The notes under the pieces are model-generated. The model was given only the letters and a program-made list of their open reading frames with translations. It was not told the DNA's origin and did not search any database. Both the position numbers and the translations under genes were made by a program. From the IMG/VR virus record IMGVR_UViG_3300046115_000084, positions 1 to 27,194 of that record: a stretch of DNA of 27,194 nucleotides; one strand, 5' to 3'. The stretch is from a virus (taxonomy: Duplodnaviria; Caudoviricetes). Below are positions 8,074 through 16,599 of this stretch, in pieces (positions within the stretch are counted from its first letter, which is position 1; every line of letters begins with the position of its first letter).

Positions 8074-8201
8074 TGCGCCGGCTCCGCTATCGCGGCGGGC
8101 TGTGGTGGCTCGGGCGCAGCACTCTTGAGCGGGTGTGCATCGTCGGCTACCTCCTCTGGCTCGCTGGCGTCCTGGCCCCGGCCCTGGCGCGCGCCCGATG
8201 A
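8073..8201 (+). CDS. 42-aa membrane/signal-peptide-like peptide (MRRLRYRGGLWWLGRSTLERVCIVGYLLWLAGVLAPALARAR)
   Basis: TGATG-coupled start and ATGA-coupled stop. Confidence 0.6.
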   Translation: MRRLRYRGGLWWLGRSTLERVCIVGYLLWLAGVLAPALARAR

Positions 8202-8710
8202 GCACCCCGCTCCCGCCTCCCTACTACGGGCCCGGCGCGACGTTGAGCGCGGGCACCGTGACGGTGCCGTTCGATGTGGCAGGCGCCAGCGCCGCCCTCG
8301 ACCGCGCGACCGCGACTCTGAAGCCGGGCCAGCACGGCGCGCTGACGGTGCAGATGACGAAGTCGACCGGCTTCGGCGCCGGCCTGGTCCTCCGCGGGCC
8401 GTTCAACATGGAGGCGCTCGGCACGCTCTCACGCCCGCCGGCGGGCGGCTGGGGCTGGTCCGTGGGCGGCCGCATCAGCTTCCTCAAGAGCCTGCCTGAC
8501 GACGCCGTCAAGCCGATCGTCCTCGAGCCGCCGCCCCCGCCCCTGATCCGCATATGGAACGCGGCCATGGGCGCGGCGGTCGTGCAGCACGCGGCGCCGA
8601 CGTGGAGCGAGCTCTACGGGCTGTTCCGAAAGCAGGGGCACGGCAAGGTCAAGGCCGCGATCAAGGCGTCCCGCCTCGCGACCGGAGCCGAAGTCACGGT
8701 GAAGGTGTAG
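8198..8710 (+). CDS. Hypothetical protein with YadA-anchor-like beta-strand segment
   Basis: ATGA-coupled ATG 8198; AGASAAL...PGQ...four Gly-rich strands ending WGWSVGGRISF. Confidence 0.65.
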   Translation: MSTPLPPPYYGPGATLSAGTVTVPFDVAGASAALDRATATLKPGQHGALTVQMTKSTGFGAGLVLRGPFNMEALGTLSRPPAGGWGWSVGGRISFLKSLPDDAVKPIVLEPPPPPLIRIWNAAMGAAVVQHAAPTWSELYGLFRKQGHGKVKAAIKASRLATGAEVTVKV

Positions 8711-8787
8711 CGGGCGTGGGAGTGCTCACGAAGATCAAGGCGGGGCTGCAGCTTTCACGAGCGGCCGATCGCCTCAAGGAGGCAAGC

Positions 8788-9144
8788 ATGAAGGGCAAGC
8801 TCATCTCGTCGCTCTACGGCCTTGGCACGTTCGTCGTCGCAGGCGTCGTCTCACAGGTCCGGTCGACGTGCCCGGGGCTGATCGAGAACCTCTGGCCCCT
8901 CGCGGGCGGCGCGATCGTCGCAGGCATTGCGCTCTTCGTGCAGGCGCCGTCGAAGGGGCGCGGGCTGAAGGCGACGCTGCTGTTCGCCGGAACGTGCCTC
9001 GGCACGGCAGCAGCATCGAGGCTCACCACGGTGTGCCCCGCGGTGCTCGCCGAGGGCTGGTCCATCGTTACGGTCGGCGCCGCCGCTGGCCTCGGCCTCT
9101 ACCTCCGCAGCCCGAAGGAGACGGCCGCCGCACCGGCCAAGTAG
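8788..9144 (+). CDS. Multi-TM membrane protein with internal duplication; holin candidate
   Basis: AAGGAGG SD before ATG 8788 (GTG 8716 alternative); about four hydrophobic segments; in lysis cluster. Confidence 0.65.
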   Translation: MKGKLISSLYGLGTFVVAGVVSQVRSTCPGLIENLWPLAGGAIVAGIALFVQAPSKGRGLKATLLFAGTCLGTAAASRLTTVCPAVLAEGWSIVTVGAAAGLGLYLRSPKETAAAPAK

Positions 9145-9154
9145 GAGCCCACCG

Positions 9155-9757
9155 CTGCCACTGTTCCTGCTGCTCCCCGACCCGGCGACGATCGCGACAT
9201 TCGATGCGTGGTCCCTGGTCCGCGAGTGGGGAGGCCTCGCCCTGGTGCCCATCGCGGGCTGGGGAGCGCGCCTGGCCCGCGGCTGGTGGAAGCGCCTGGA
9301 AAAGCGCGCCGAGCTCCTAGAGGCCCTGGCCGAGGGCATGACCCTGATGCACGACAGGGCGCGCTTCGAGAGCGAGTACATGGTCGGCCACGCCGGCGAC
9401 GTCTATCGCTGGCTCGAGGGCCCGGCCCGGCACAAGTGGCTCAGCCGCGGCGCGGAAGGCCTCTCCCCGCGCGACCAGTACGACGAGCTGCGCGTCCGTC
9501 TCCGCGAATCCCGAAAGCGCACCTGGCGCGCGCGGGGCTTCCCCGAGCTCGAGGCCGACCTCGATCACGAGGTGACCGAACAGGAGCGCGAGGCGCACGC
9601 CGAATATGTGCGAACGCTGCGCGAGTTCCGGCAGACGAAGCGATGGCAAGTCGCCGAGGCGCCGCCGCCGAAGCCACCGAACGGCGATGGGCGGAAAGCA
9701 GCCGAGCCCCCCGAGGACGAGCGCGCACCAGGTGGGAAGGCCGGAGGCGATGAATGA
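9155..9757 (+). CDS. Hypothetical protein with N-terminal hydrophobic/amphipathic segment and helical body; probable CTG start
   Basis: Track start GTG 9245; frame open upstream to CTG 9155, 7 nt after AGGAG. Confidence 0.6.
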   Translation: MPLFLLLPDPATIATFDAWSLVREWGGLALVPIAGWGARLARGWWKRLEKRAELLEALAEGMTLMHDRARFESEYMVGHAGDVYRWLEGPARHKWLSRGAEGLSPRDQYDELRVRLRESRKRTWRARGFPELEADLDHEVTEQEREAHAEYVRTLREFRQTKRWQVAEAPPPKPPNGDGRKAAEPPEDERAPGGKAGGDE

Positions 9758-10134
9758 ACGACTCGACACGGCGCCGCCATCCCCCGACGCCGTCGGCGCT
9801 CGCGCGCTCGATCGCTGCTCTCAGACATGGGATGCGCGACCTTCGCCGCGAGCAGCGCGCCATGAAGCGCGAGCAGCAGAAACAGGGAGTGAAGCTCAAT
9901 CGTCTGTCGCGCGACCGGGATATCGGGGTCAGGGCCCTGGCCATGATCAGCGAGGTGCGGATGCACATTGCTGAGGTAAGGACTATCAAGCTCGCGCTGA
10001 TAAAGCACACGAACGAGCACTTCGACAAGCTCCGCCACGACCTCAATCTCCCGCCCAGCTACGTCGAGACGGTCCCGGGCAAGACGGTACCCGCCACGCA
10101 CGACGCGGCGAGTTTCAGGAGGAAAGTCCGATGA
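9754..10134 (+). CDS. Basic coiled-coil hypothetical protein
   Basis: GGAGG SD, ATGA coupling at both ends. Confidence 0.65.
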   Translation: MNDSTRRRHPPTPSALARSIAALRHGMRDLRREQRAMKREQQKQGVKLNRLSRDRDIGVRALAMISEVRMHIAEVRTIKLALIKHTNEHFDKLRHDLNLPPSYVETVPGKTVPATHDAASFRRKVR

Positions 10135-11255
10135 AGAGAGGCGCCCTCACCCTTGTGCTGCTGTTGGCGCTCTTCGCGCCCGCCGGCGCTCTCGCCCAGT
10201 CCGTGGGCGAGAGCTTCATCCGGTACATCCCGCCAGTCTCGGTCTCGGCCGCAGCCTTCCCGCTCCTCGCGCCCAGCGGCACGGCTGCCGCGCCGTCTTA
10301 CAGCTTCACCGCTTCGCCCGGAACCGGGATGTTCTGGGAGACGGGTCAGTCGCTCCTCGGATTCGCCCACGGCGGCACGGCTCGAGCCTTCATGGCCGCC
10401 GAAGGTATCAGGATGCCCAATGGCAACCACGTCGGGTTCTGTACAGGCGCCGACTGCTCGGCGACAGACGCCAGCATCGCGAGGGGTCCGATCTCTGGAT
10501 CGCTGAAGATCGCGAACGGGGGCGCCGGAGACGGCATCCTGACAATCGGGAATGGCACGGCAGCGTCTCCAAGCGTGCAGTTCACCGCCGACGCTGACGG
10601 CTCGGGCACGGGCATCTACCGCAGCGGTGCGAACACGCTCGACATCGCGAATAACGGCACGCAGACATACTCCTTCGGCGTGTCGGGCATGAGCACCGCC
10701 AACAGCGCGTCGATCACCGTGACGGGCTCGGGCACCTTCGCCGCTCCTGACGGGACGGCGGCGCTGCCGTCCTATCGCTTCAACTCGAGCGGTAGCACCG
10801 GATTTTCTTACAACACGACGGCGAACGATGCCCTCGTCACATCGAAGGGGGGTGTCGCACGCACGGTCGTCACGGGCGACCGAACCCTCACCGACGCGAC
10901 GGCGACCACGATTTTCCAGATAGCGATCGCGAACGCCGAGGTGACGAACCTCCAGGTGCACTACTCGGTCACGGCGGTCAATGGGACGCCGGACTACCAG
11001 GGCATCACCGGGACGTTCTACGTCTCGATCGTGAATAAGAGCGCGACTGAAACGTGCTCCACGATCACCGAGGCGGGCGAGACCTCGGCCGTCAGCGCCG
11101 GGACGATCACCTTCACGGCCACGTGCGACACGTCGCCCGCGAACGCCGTGAACATCCAGGTCAACAGCGATTCCTCGCTGACGACCCCCACGATCGTCGG
11201 TCAGTTCATCATCCACCGCAGTGGCATCGGCACCGGCGCAATCACGATCAGCTAG
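10131..11255 (+). CDS. Signal-peptide-bearing fibre-like protein with three GTAAxPSxxF repeats and a C-terminal beta domain
   Basis: AGGAGG SD; MKRGALTLVLLLALFAPAGALA|Q; Thr/Gly/Ser-rich; 4 mature Cys. Confidence 0.85.
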   Translation: MKRGALTLVLLLALFAPAGALAQSVGESFIRYIPPVSVSAAAFPLLAPSGTAAAPSYSFTASPGTGMFWETGQSLLGFAHGGTARAFMAAEGIRMPNGNHVGFCTGADCSATDASIARGPISGSLKIANGGAGDGILTIGNGTAASPSVQFTADADGSGTGIYRSGANTLDIANNGTQTYSFGVSGMSTANSASITVTGSGTFAAPDGTAALPSYRFNSSGSTGFSYNTTANDALVTSKGGVARTVVTGDRTLTDATATTIFQIAIANAEVTNLQVHYSVTAVNGTPDYQGITGTFYVSIVNKSATETCSTITEAGETSAVSAGTITFTATCDTSPANAVNIQVNSDSSLTTPTIVGQFIIHRSGIGTGAITIS

Positions 11256-11270
11256 AAGGGGAGGCAGACC

Positions 11271-11672
11271 ATGAAGAAGCGAACGATCCGGGCGCTGTTG
11301 CTGGTGGCGATCCTCGCCCTCGCAGTCAGCGCGTGGGCCATGACACTAAGTTACAGCTCGGGCGCAACGGGCATTTCTGTCAGCCAGACGAACACGAACA
11401 TCCCCTTCACCAATAACCACAGTGGAGGAGACAGCGCGACGTTCCAGGCGAAACACGTCCTGATTCGATCACGCAGCGCCAGCGCGAACACCTGCCACTT
11501 CGACCTGGGCGACGGAGTAGCCACGACGGCCGATCCTACTCTTGCTCCAGGCGCATCGATCGCCGTGGACTGGGACCAGAGATCAGGGGGCGTCGGTGGT
11601 GGCTGGTCGGCGATCGGGGTCATCTGTACGACAGCCCAGACCGCAACGTGGGACATCGACGCTTGGCGCTGA
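11271..11672 (+). CDS. Signal-peptide-bearing small beta-sandwich protein (decoration/spike-like)
   Basis: GGGGAGG SD; MKKRTIRALLLVAILALAVSAWA|M; 2 mature Cys. Confidence 0.8.
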   Translation: MKKRTIRALLLVAILALAVSAWAMTLSYSSGATGISVSQTNTNIPFTNNHSGGDSATFQAKHVLIRSRSASANTCHFDLGDGVATTADPTLAPGASIAVDWDQRSGGVGGGWSAIGVICTTAQTATWDIDAWR

Positions 11673-11712
11673 ACGTGCGCTGCGCGTACTGCGATCGAGG
11701 CCGGGGCGGCTT

Positions 11713-11757
11713 GGGTCCTTCCACCGGATCGCCCGATCGCGGGTCAAACGGGCGCGA
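11713..11757 (+). other. Candidate cos packaging site (cosQ + cosN)
   Basis: GGGTCCT (lambda cosQ heptamer) at 11713-11719; 17 nt later dyad TCGCG-GGTCAAACGGG-CGCGA (11737-11757); directly upstream of terS. Confidence 0.7.
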
Positions 11758-11797
11758 AAACCCCGCAGGCAACAGGAGCCATTAGGGCTTACGCCTT

Positions 11798-12307
11798 ATG
11801 ACCACCGCCAGGAAACGCCGCGGGCTGCTGAAGCGCGCAGAGCTCGCCAAGCGGCTCGGCAAGCACCCGCAGACGATCAGCGACTGGACGGCCGCGGGCT
11901 GCCCTGTGGCGCGGCGGGGACGCACCGGCAGCCCGATCCTGTACTCGGAGCGCGACGTGCGCGCCTGGCTGGCGGCGCGCGAGGAAGAGGCCCGGGCGCC
12001 GGATGGTCCGCTCGATCCGATCCAGGAGAAGGCCGCGCGCGATCACTGGCAGGCCGAGCTCGCGCGGCAGACCCACGAGATCCGGCACAAGACGCTGCTG
12101 CCCGCGGCCGACGTCGAGCGGGCCTGGGCGGCGGAGGTGGCGGCGGTCCGGGCGAAGCTGCTCGCGCTGCCCACGACGTACTCTGACCGGATCTACCGCG
12201 CGTCGACACTGGATGGCCTGGCCGGCGTGGAGAAGACGGTTCAAGCGGCGGTCTATGACGTCCTGCGGCAGCTCGCAGGGGCCTTGCCCAAGGAGGGGGC
12301 CGCTTGA
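11798..12307 (+). CDS. terS: Terminase small subunit, lambda Nu1-like
   Basis: N-terminal wHTH (RAELAKRLGKHPQTISDWTAAGCP...Y..RDVRAWL), coiled coil (EKAARDHWQAELA), LLPAADVE...LLALP. Confidence 0.9.
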   Translation: MTTARKRRGLLKRAELAKRLGKHPQTISDWTAAGCPVARRGRTGSPILYSERDVRAWLAAREEEARAPDGPLDPIQEKAARDHWQAELARQTHEIRHKTLLPAADVERAWAAEVAAVRAKLLALPTTYSDRIYRASTLDGLAGVEKTVQAAVYDVLRQLAGALPKEGAA

Positions 12308-14223
12308 GTGCCTGCGCCCCCGCGGTCGACACGGTCCTCGCTCGGGTCAGGTCCGGGTGGGCACCGCCGCCGCTTCTCAGGGTTTCGGAGTTCTGCGACC
12401 GGGAGCTGGTGGTGACGACTGGACCCCTGGCCGGCACGCACTGGCAGACGGAGTTCGCGCCCTACCAGCGGGGCATACTGGACGCGCTGCACGAGCCCGG
12501 GGTGGAGTACGTCGCGGTGCGGGGGTCCTCGCAGTTCGGGAAGACATCGATCGCCGTCGCGGTGGTGGCCTATCACATCGGGCACGACCCATGCCCGATC
12601 CTGATCGTGGAGCCCACGGTCGACCCGATGGCTCGAGACTTCGCGAAGAATCGGCTGGACCCCGTGATCGCAGCCAGCCCCCGGCTGCGCGAGAGCGTCT
12701 CGAAGAGGCGGGCAAAGGACTCGAGCAACACGATCCTCGCGAAGACGTTCCGGGGCGGCAGCCTGTCCATCGGGGGGGCGAATTCAGCCGCCTCCCTCGC
12801 GGCCAGGTCGATCAGGGTCCTGATTCTTGACGAGGTCGACCGATACCCGGCGGAGCTGCCCGGGGAGGGCTCCACGATCCAGATCGCCCTGAAGCGCACG
12901 GCCGCCTATCGGGGGCGCCGGCGGATCATGCTGCTGTCGACCCCGACGGTGAAGGACGGCGCGATCGACTCCTGGTTCAAACGCGGGGACCAGAGGCGCT
13001 TTTACGTGCCCTGCCCGCAGTGCCAGCAGATGCACGCCTTCGAATGGCGCAACGTGCGGTGGGAGGACGGGGACCCCGACACCGCGCGGCTCCACTGCCC
13101 AGCGTGCGACTACGCGATCGACGACGCGCAGCGGATCTCGATCCTGAGCCGCGGGGAGTGGCGGCCGGAGAATCCGCAGCGGAAGGACCGCTCCATCGTG
13201 TCGTTCCACATCTGGGAGGCCTACAGCCCCTTCAGCTCGCTCCGGGAGATCGTGGGCGCCTTCCTGCGCGCGCGGGAGGCTCAGAAGGCCGGCGACAAGG
13301 CCGAGATGCACACCTGGCAGAACACGACGCTCGGGGAGCCCGTGGAGCCCGAGCGCGGGCAGGGGGTGGAGCCTCACGCGCTGCTGTCCCGCGTCGAGGC
13401 ATACGAGGCCCAGGTGCCGGCCGGAGCCTGCTTCCTGACGATGGGGGTGGACACCCAGGACGACCGCCTCGAGGCGCTCGTCGTCGGATGGGGGCCAGGG
13501 GAGGAATCCTGGCTCGTAGACCGCCATCGGCTCGATGGAGACACCACGCAGCCCGGGCCGTGGGCCGAGCTCGACCAGCTGCTCGCCCGGCAATACCTCC
13601 ACGCCACCGGAGTCCGCCTCGGCATCGCGGCGACCTGCCTGGACACCGCTGGCCACCGCACGACCCAGGCCTACGACTACGTGCTGAAGCACCGCCAGGC
13701 GGCGCTGCGCCGAGTGTACGCAACGATCGGGCGCGACGGCCAGCGTCCGATCGTCTCATCTCCCTCCCCGCGCACCTGGGGGAAGGGCGGCCGCCCCGTG
13801 GATCTCTACACGATCGGCGTCGACGCGGCGAAGTCCCTGCTGCAGGAGCGGCTCGCGCTCATCGAGGAGGCGACCGAGAAGGACGCTCCGATCCTCACGG
13901 GCAGCGGTCCTGGTCGGATCCACCTGCCGACCGAGGAATGGGCGGACGACGAGCTGGCGTCGCAGCTCACCAGCGAGCGGCTGGTGACGAAGTACACGAA
14001 GGGAATCGCGGTCCAGATCTGGAAGCAGATCCGGGCCCGGAACGAGATGCTCGACTGCGCGGTGCTGGCGCTTGCCGCGCTCCGCTTGGCTCGCGTGGAT
14101 CTCACGCTCCTCGCGGATCGGATGGCACGGCCGCAGCCGGTCCCGCCGCCCCAGCCGCCGAAGCCGGCCAAGGCGCCGTGGATCAACCGTCGTGGTGGTG
14201 GCTGGATGAAAGGAGGCCGTTAA
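12304..14223 (+). CDS. terL: Terminase large subunit, lambda gpA family
   Basis: PYQRGIL, SSQFGKT (Walker A), LILDEVDRY (Walker B), STPT, GDQRRFYVPCPQC, NTTLGEP, GVDTQDDRLE, RNEMLDC. Confidence 0.97.
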   Translation: MSACAPAVDTVLARVRSGWAPPPLLRVSEFCDRELVVTTGPLAGTHWQTEFAPYQRGILDALHEPGVEYVAVRGSSQFGKTSIAVAVVAYHIGHDPCPILIVEPTVDPMARDFAKNRLDPVIAASPRLRESVSKRRAKDSSNTILAKTFRGGSLSIGGANSAASLAARSIRVLILDEVDRYPAELPGEGSTIQIALKRTAAYRGRRRIMLLSTPTVKDGAIDSWFKRGDQRRFYVPCPQCQQMHAFEWRNVRWEDGDPDTARLHCPACDYAIDDAQRISILSRGEWRPENPQRKDRSIVSFHIWEAYSPFSSLREIVGAFLRAREAQKAGDKAEMHTWQNTTLGEPVEPERGQGVEPHALLSRVEAYEAQVPAGACFLTMGVDTQDDRLEALVVGWGPGEESWLVDRHRLDGDTTQPGPWAELDQLLARQYLHATGVRLGIAATCLDTAGHRTTQAYDYVLKHRQAALRRVYATIGRDGQRPIVSSPSPRTWGKGGRPVDLYTIGVDAAKSLLQERLALIEEATEKDAPILTGSGPGRIHLPTEEWADDELASQLTSERLVTKYTKGIAVQIWKQIRARNEMLDCAVLALAALRLARVDLTLLADRMARPQPVPPPQPPKPAKAPWINRRGGGWMKGGR

Positions 14224-14471
14224 TGGCGAAGCGGAAAGAGGGCGACGAAACCGACGGAACGCCGAAAACGTCCGTGCCCGCTGGGCTCGTTCTTCAGGTG
14301 GGCGAGAGGCTTACGGTGCACGCCGCCCTGGGCGATCGTCTCACCGCCTATGTGATCGAAGCGCGGGAGGGCGGTTTGCTGCGGATGTATCCGGCACCCG
14401 AGCCGGCGCCGCCCGTACAGACGCCGGAACCAGCGGCCGGTGGCAACCAGACGAAGAAGTTCGAGGCGTAG
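14223..14471 (+). CDS. Hypothetical protein, 82 aa (MAKRKEGDETD...)
   Basis: AAGGAGG SD and TAATG coupling; 3' end of track ORF 13020..14471. Confidence 0.7.
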   Translation: MAKRKEGDETDGTPKTSVPAGLVLQVGERLTVHAALGDRLTAYVIEAREGGLLRMYPAPEPAPPVQTPEPAAGGNQTKKFEA

Positions 14472-14495
14472 GTCGGCCCTTCAGGAGTTACTTCG

Positions 14496-14702
14496 ATGGC
14501 CTGGACTCAAGCTGACGTAGACGCACTCGAGCGGGCGATCGCGGACGGCCGCGGCGCGCGATCGATCACCTTCGCTGACCAGAGCGTAACGTTTAACTCC
14601 CTCGCGGAGATGTTGGCGCTCCTGGCCACGATGAAGCAGTCGATCGCGGCCGCGGCCGGAGGATCGTCGACGCGCTACGCCGCGTTCAGCAAGGGAGTCT
14701 GA
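14496..14702 (+). CDS. Head-tail joining protein, gpW-like
   Basis: MAWTQADVDALERAIADG..SITFADQSVTFNSLAEM; located between terL and portal; AGGAG SD. Confidence 0.9.
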   Translation: MAWTQADVDALERAIADGRGARSITFADQSVTFNSLAEMLALLATMKQSIAAAAGGSSTRYAAFSKGV

Positions 14703-14703
14703 C

Positions 14704-16245
14704 ATGCCGAAGGCCAACTGGATCGATCGCACGGTGGGCTACTTCAACCCGCAGGCTGGGCTTCAGCGCATCCGGGCGCGGGCCGCGGCCGAGGTCATCC
14801 TCCGCCACTACGAGGCGGCCGCGAGCGGTCGGCGCACCCAAGGGCACAACAGGAGCATCAGCGACGCGAACGCCGCCATGTTTCCGGCCCTCTCGATTCT
14901 CCGGGCTACCGCGCGAGACCTGGTGCGCAACAACGGGCATGCCGAGAGCGCACTGACCACTATCTGTGACCACGTCATCGGGTGGGGCATCGTCGCGAAG
15001 CCGAAACCGAAGAACACGCGGGCCATGAAGGCGTGGGAGTCCTGGGCCGGGACGACGGCGTGTGACGCCGATGGCCGGCAGGACTTCGCCGGGCTCCAGC
15101 ACCTGGTGATGCGCACAGTCGTCGAGTCCGGCGAGGCGCTGGTCCGGCGCCGGTTGCGACGCCCCGAAGACGACCTACCGATCCCGCTTCAGATCCAGGT
15201 GCTCGAGCCTGACTATCTCGACACGTCGAGGACGTCGATCACAGGAGGCGGCCGGATCATCAACGGCATCGAGCTCGACGCGCTCGGCAAGCGCGCGGCC
15301 TACTGGCTGTTCCGCGAACATCCTGGCGCCGCCTCCCTGAGCTCGTTGGCATCCGTTCGGGTGCCGGCGGAGAGCGTGCTGCACGTCTATCGCCAGGACC
15401 GCGCGAGCCAGATGCGCGGGGCGTCTTGGTTTGCGCCGGTGCTGCTCAAGTTCAAGGACTTCGACGACTTCGACGACGCGACGCTCATGAAGCAGAAGGT
15501 CGCGGCGTGCCTCTCAGTGATCACGACCGACACCGATGGGACCGCGGCTCCGCTCGGCACCGTCGATCCGGAGTCGCCGACGATCGACTCTCTCGAGCCG
15601 GGCGGCATCCTGAACCTAGCGCCGGGCCGTGAGGTCCAGGTCGTGCAGCCGCCATCGGTCCGCGAGTACCCGGATTACGTGAGGACGACGTTGCGCGCCA
15701 TCGCGACGGGGCTGGGCGTGTCCTATGAGGACCTGACCGGCGACTACAGCGACGTCAACTTCAGCTCCGCACGGATGTCTCGGATGCGGCACTGGGCGCG
15801 GGTCGAAGACTGGCGGTGGCGGATGCTGATCCCGCAACTCTGCGACCCCGTCTGGGCGTGGGCGATGCAGGCGGCGGCGATCATGGGCGCCGGCGAGGTG
15901 CCCGTCGCCAGGTGGACGGCACCGCCGCTGCCGATGATCGACCCCTCGAACGAGGGCCTCGCCTACCAGCGGAACATTCGGACTGGCATCCTGACGCTCA
16001 GCGAGGCGATCCGGGAGCGCGGCTACGATCCCGACGAGTTCCTGGCCGAGTACGCCGCTGACAACGCGCGGCTCGACAAGCTGGGCATCGTGCTCGACAG
16101 CGACGCGCGGGCTACTACCCAGGCCGGCAACCCACGGACGCAGGGCGCGGAAGCCGCACCCGAGCCCGCGGCGGCGGGTGGCACACCGCCATCTAGGCCG
16201 CAGGCCGTACCAGACCCAGACCCAGACGAGGAGGACGCGGCATGA
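14704..16245 (+). CDS. Portal protein, lambda family
   Basis: LRATARDLVRNNG, GEALVR, LQIQVLEPDYLD, GIELD..G...AYW, QMRG.SWFAP, GVSYEDLTGDYSDVNFSSAR, MIDP. Confidence 0.97.
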   Translation: MPKANWIDRTVGYFNPQAGLQRIRARAAAEVILRHYEAAASGRRTQGHNRSISDANAAMFPALSILRATARDLVRNNGHAESALTTICDHVIGWGIVAKPKPKNTRAMKAWESWAGTTACDADGRQDFAGLQHLVMRTVVESGEALVRRRLRRPEDDLPIPLQIQVLEPDYLDTSRTSITGGGRIINGIELDALGKRAAYWLFREHPGAASLSSLASVRVPAESVLHVYRQDRASQMRGASWFAPVLLKFKDFDDFDDATLMKQKVAACLSVITTDTDGTAAPLGTVDPESPTIDSLEPGGILNLAPGREVQVVQPPSVREYPDYVRTTLRAIATGLGVSYEDLTGDYSDVNFSSARMSRMRHWARVEDWRWRMLIPQLCDPVWAWAMQAAAIMGAGEVPVARWTAPPLPMIDPSNEGLAYQRNIRTGILTLSEAIRERGYDPDEFLAEYAADNARLDKLGIVLDSDARATTQAGNPRTQGAEAAPEPAAAGGTPPSRPQAVPDPDPDEEDAA

Positions 16246-16595
16246 GCAGGAGAGGGCGAGCCGTGACGCCTGAGAGCCTCGAGAACCCGGAGAACGGCAT
16301 CGAGCTGGAGACCCGTGAGCCGGACGAGGCGACCGACGAGCCCGGGTCCGAGGAAAGGCTACGCACACGCATCGTCGCGCTGCGCGCGGCCCCACCGGAC
16401 CATTCCGGAGCCTACTGCAGGGCCTGCTTCCGGCGAGGGGTGATGACGCTGCTGGGGGTGATCGACGTCGAGCGGCACGACGTGCACGACCAGGTCGCGG
16501 CGCTCCAGGGCATCTACCCCCCAGACCCGGACCCCCACTCGGCACACTCCTACCGCGGTGGCGTCGAGGCGGCCCTGCGGGCGCTCGCGGACTAG
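16242..16595 (+). CDS. Hypothetical protein with CxxC (CRAC)
   Basis: GAGGAGG SD, ATGA coupling. Confidence 0.65.
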   Translation: MSRRGRAVTPESLENPENGIELETREPDEATDEPGSEERLRTRIVALRAAPPDHSGAYCRACFRRGVMTLLGVIDVERHDVHDQVAALQGIYPPDPDPHSAHSYRGGVEAALRALAD

Positions 16596-16599
16596 GGCC

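Noticed and set aside
13020-14222. Extended ORF-track starts (13020, 2144, 20218, 8554, 5535, 350)
   Set aside because: The upstream extensions overlap bona fide genes in another frame; SD-supported or coupled starts lie downstream
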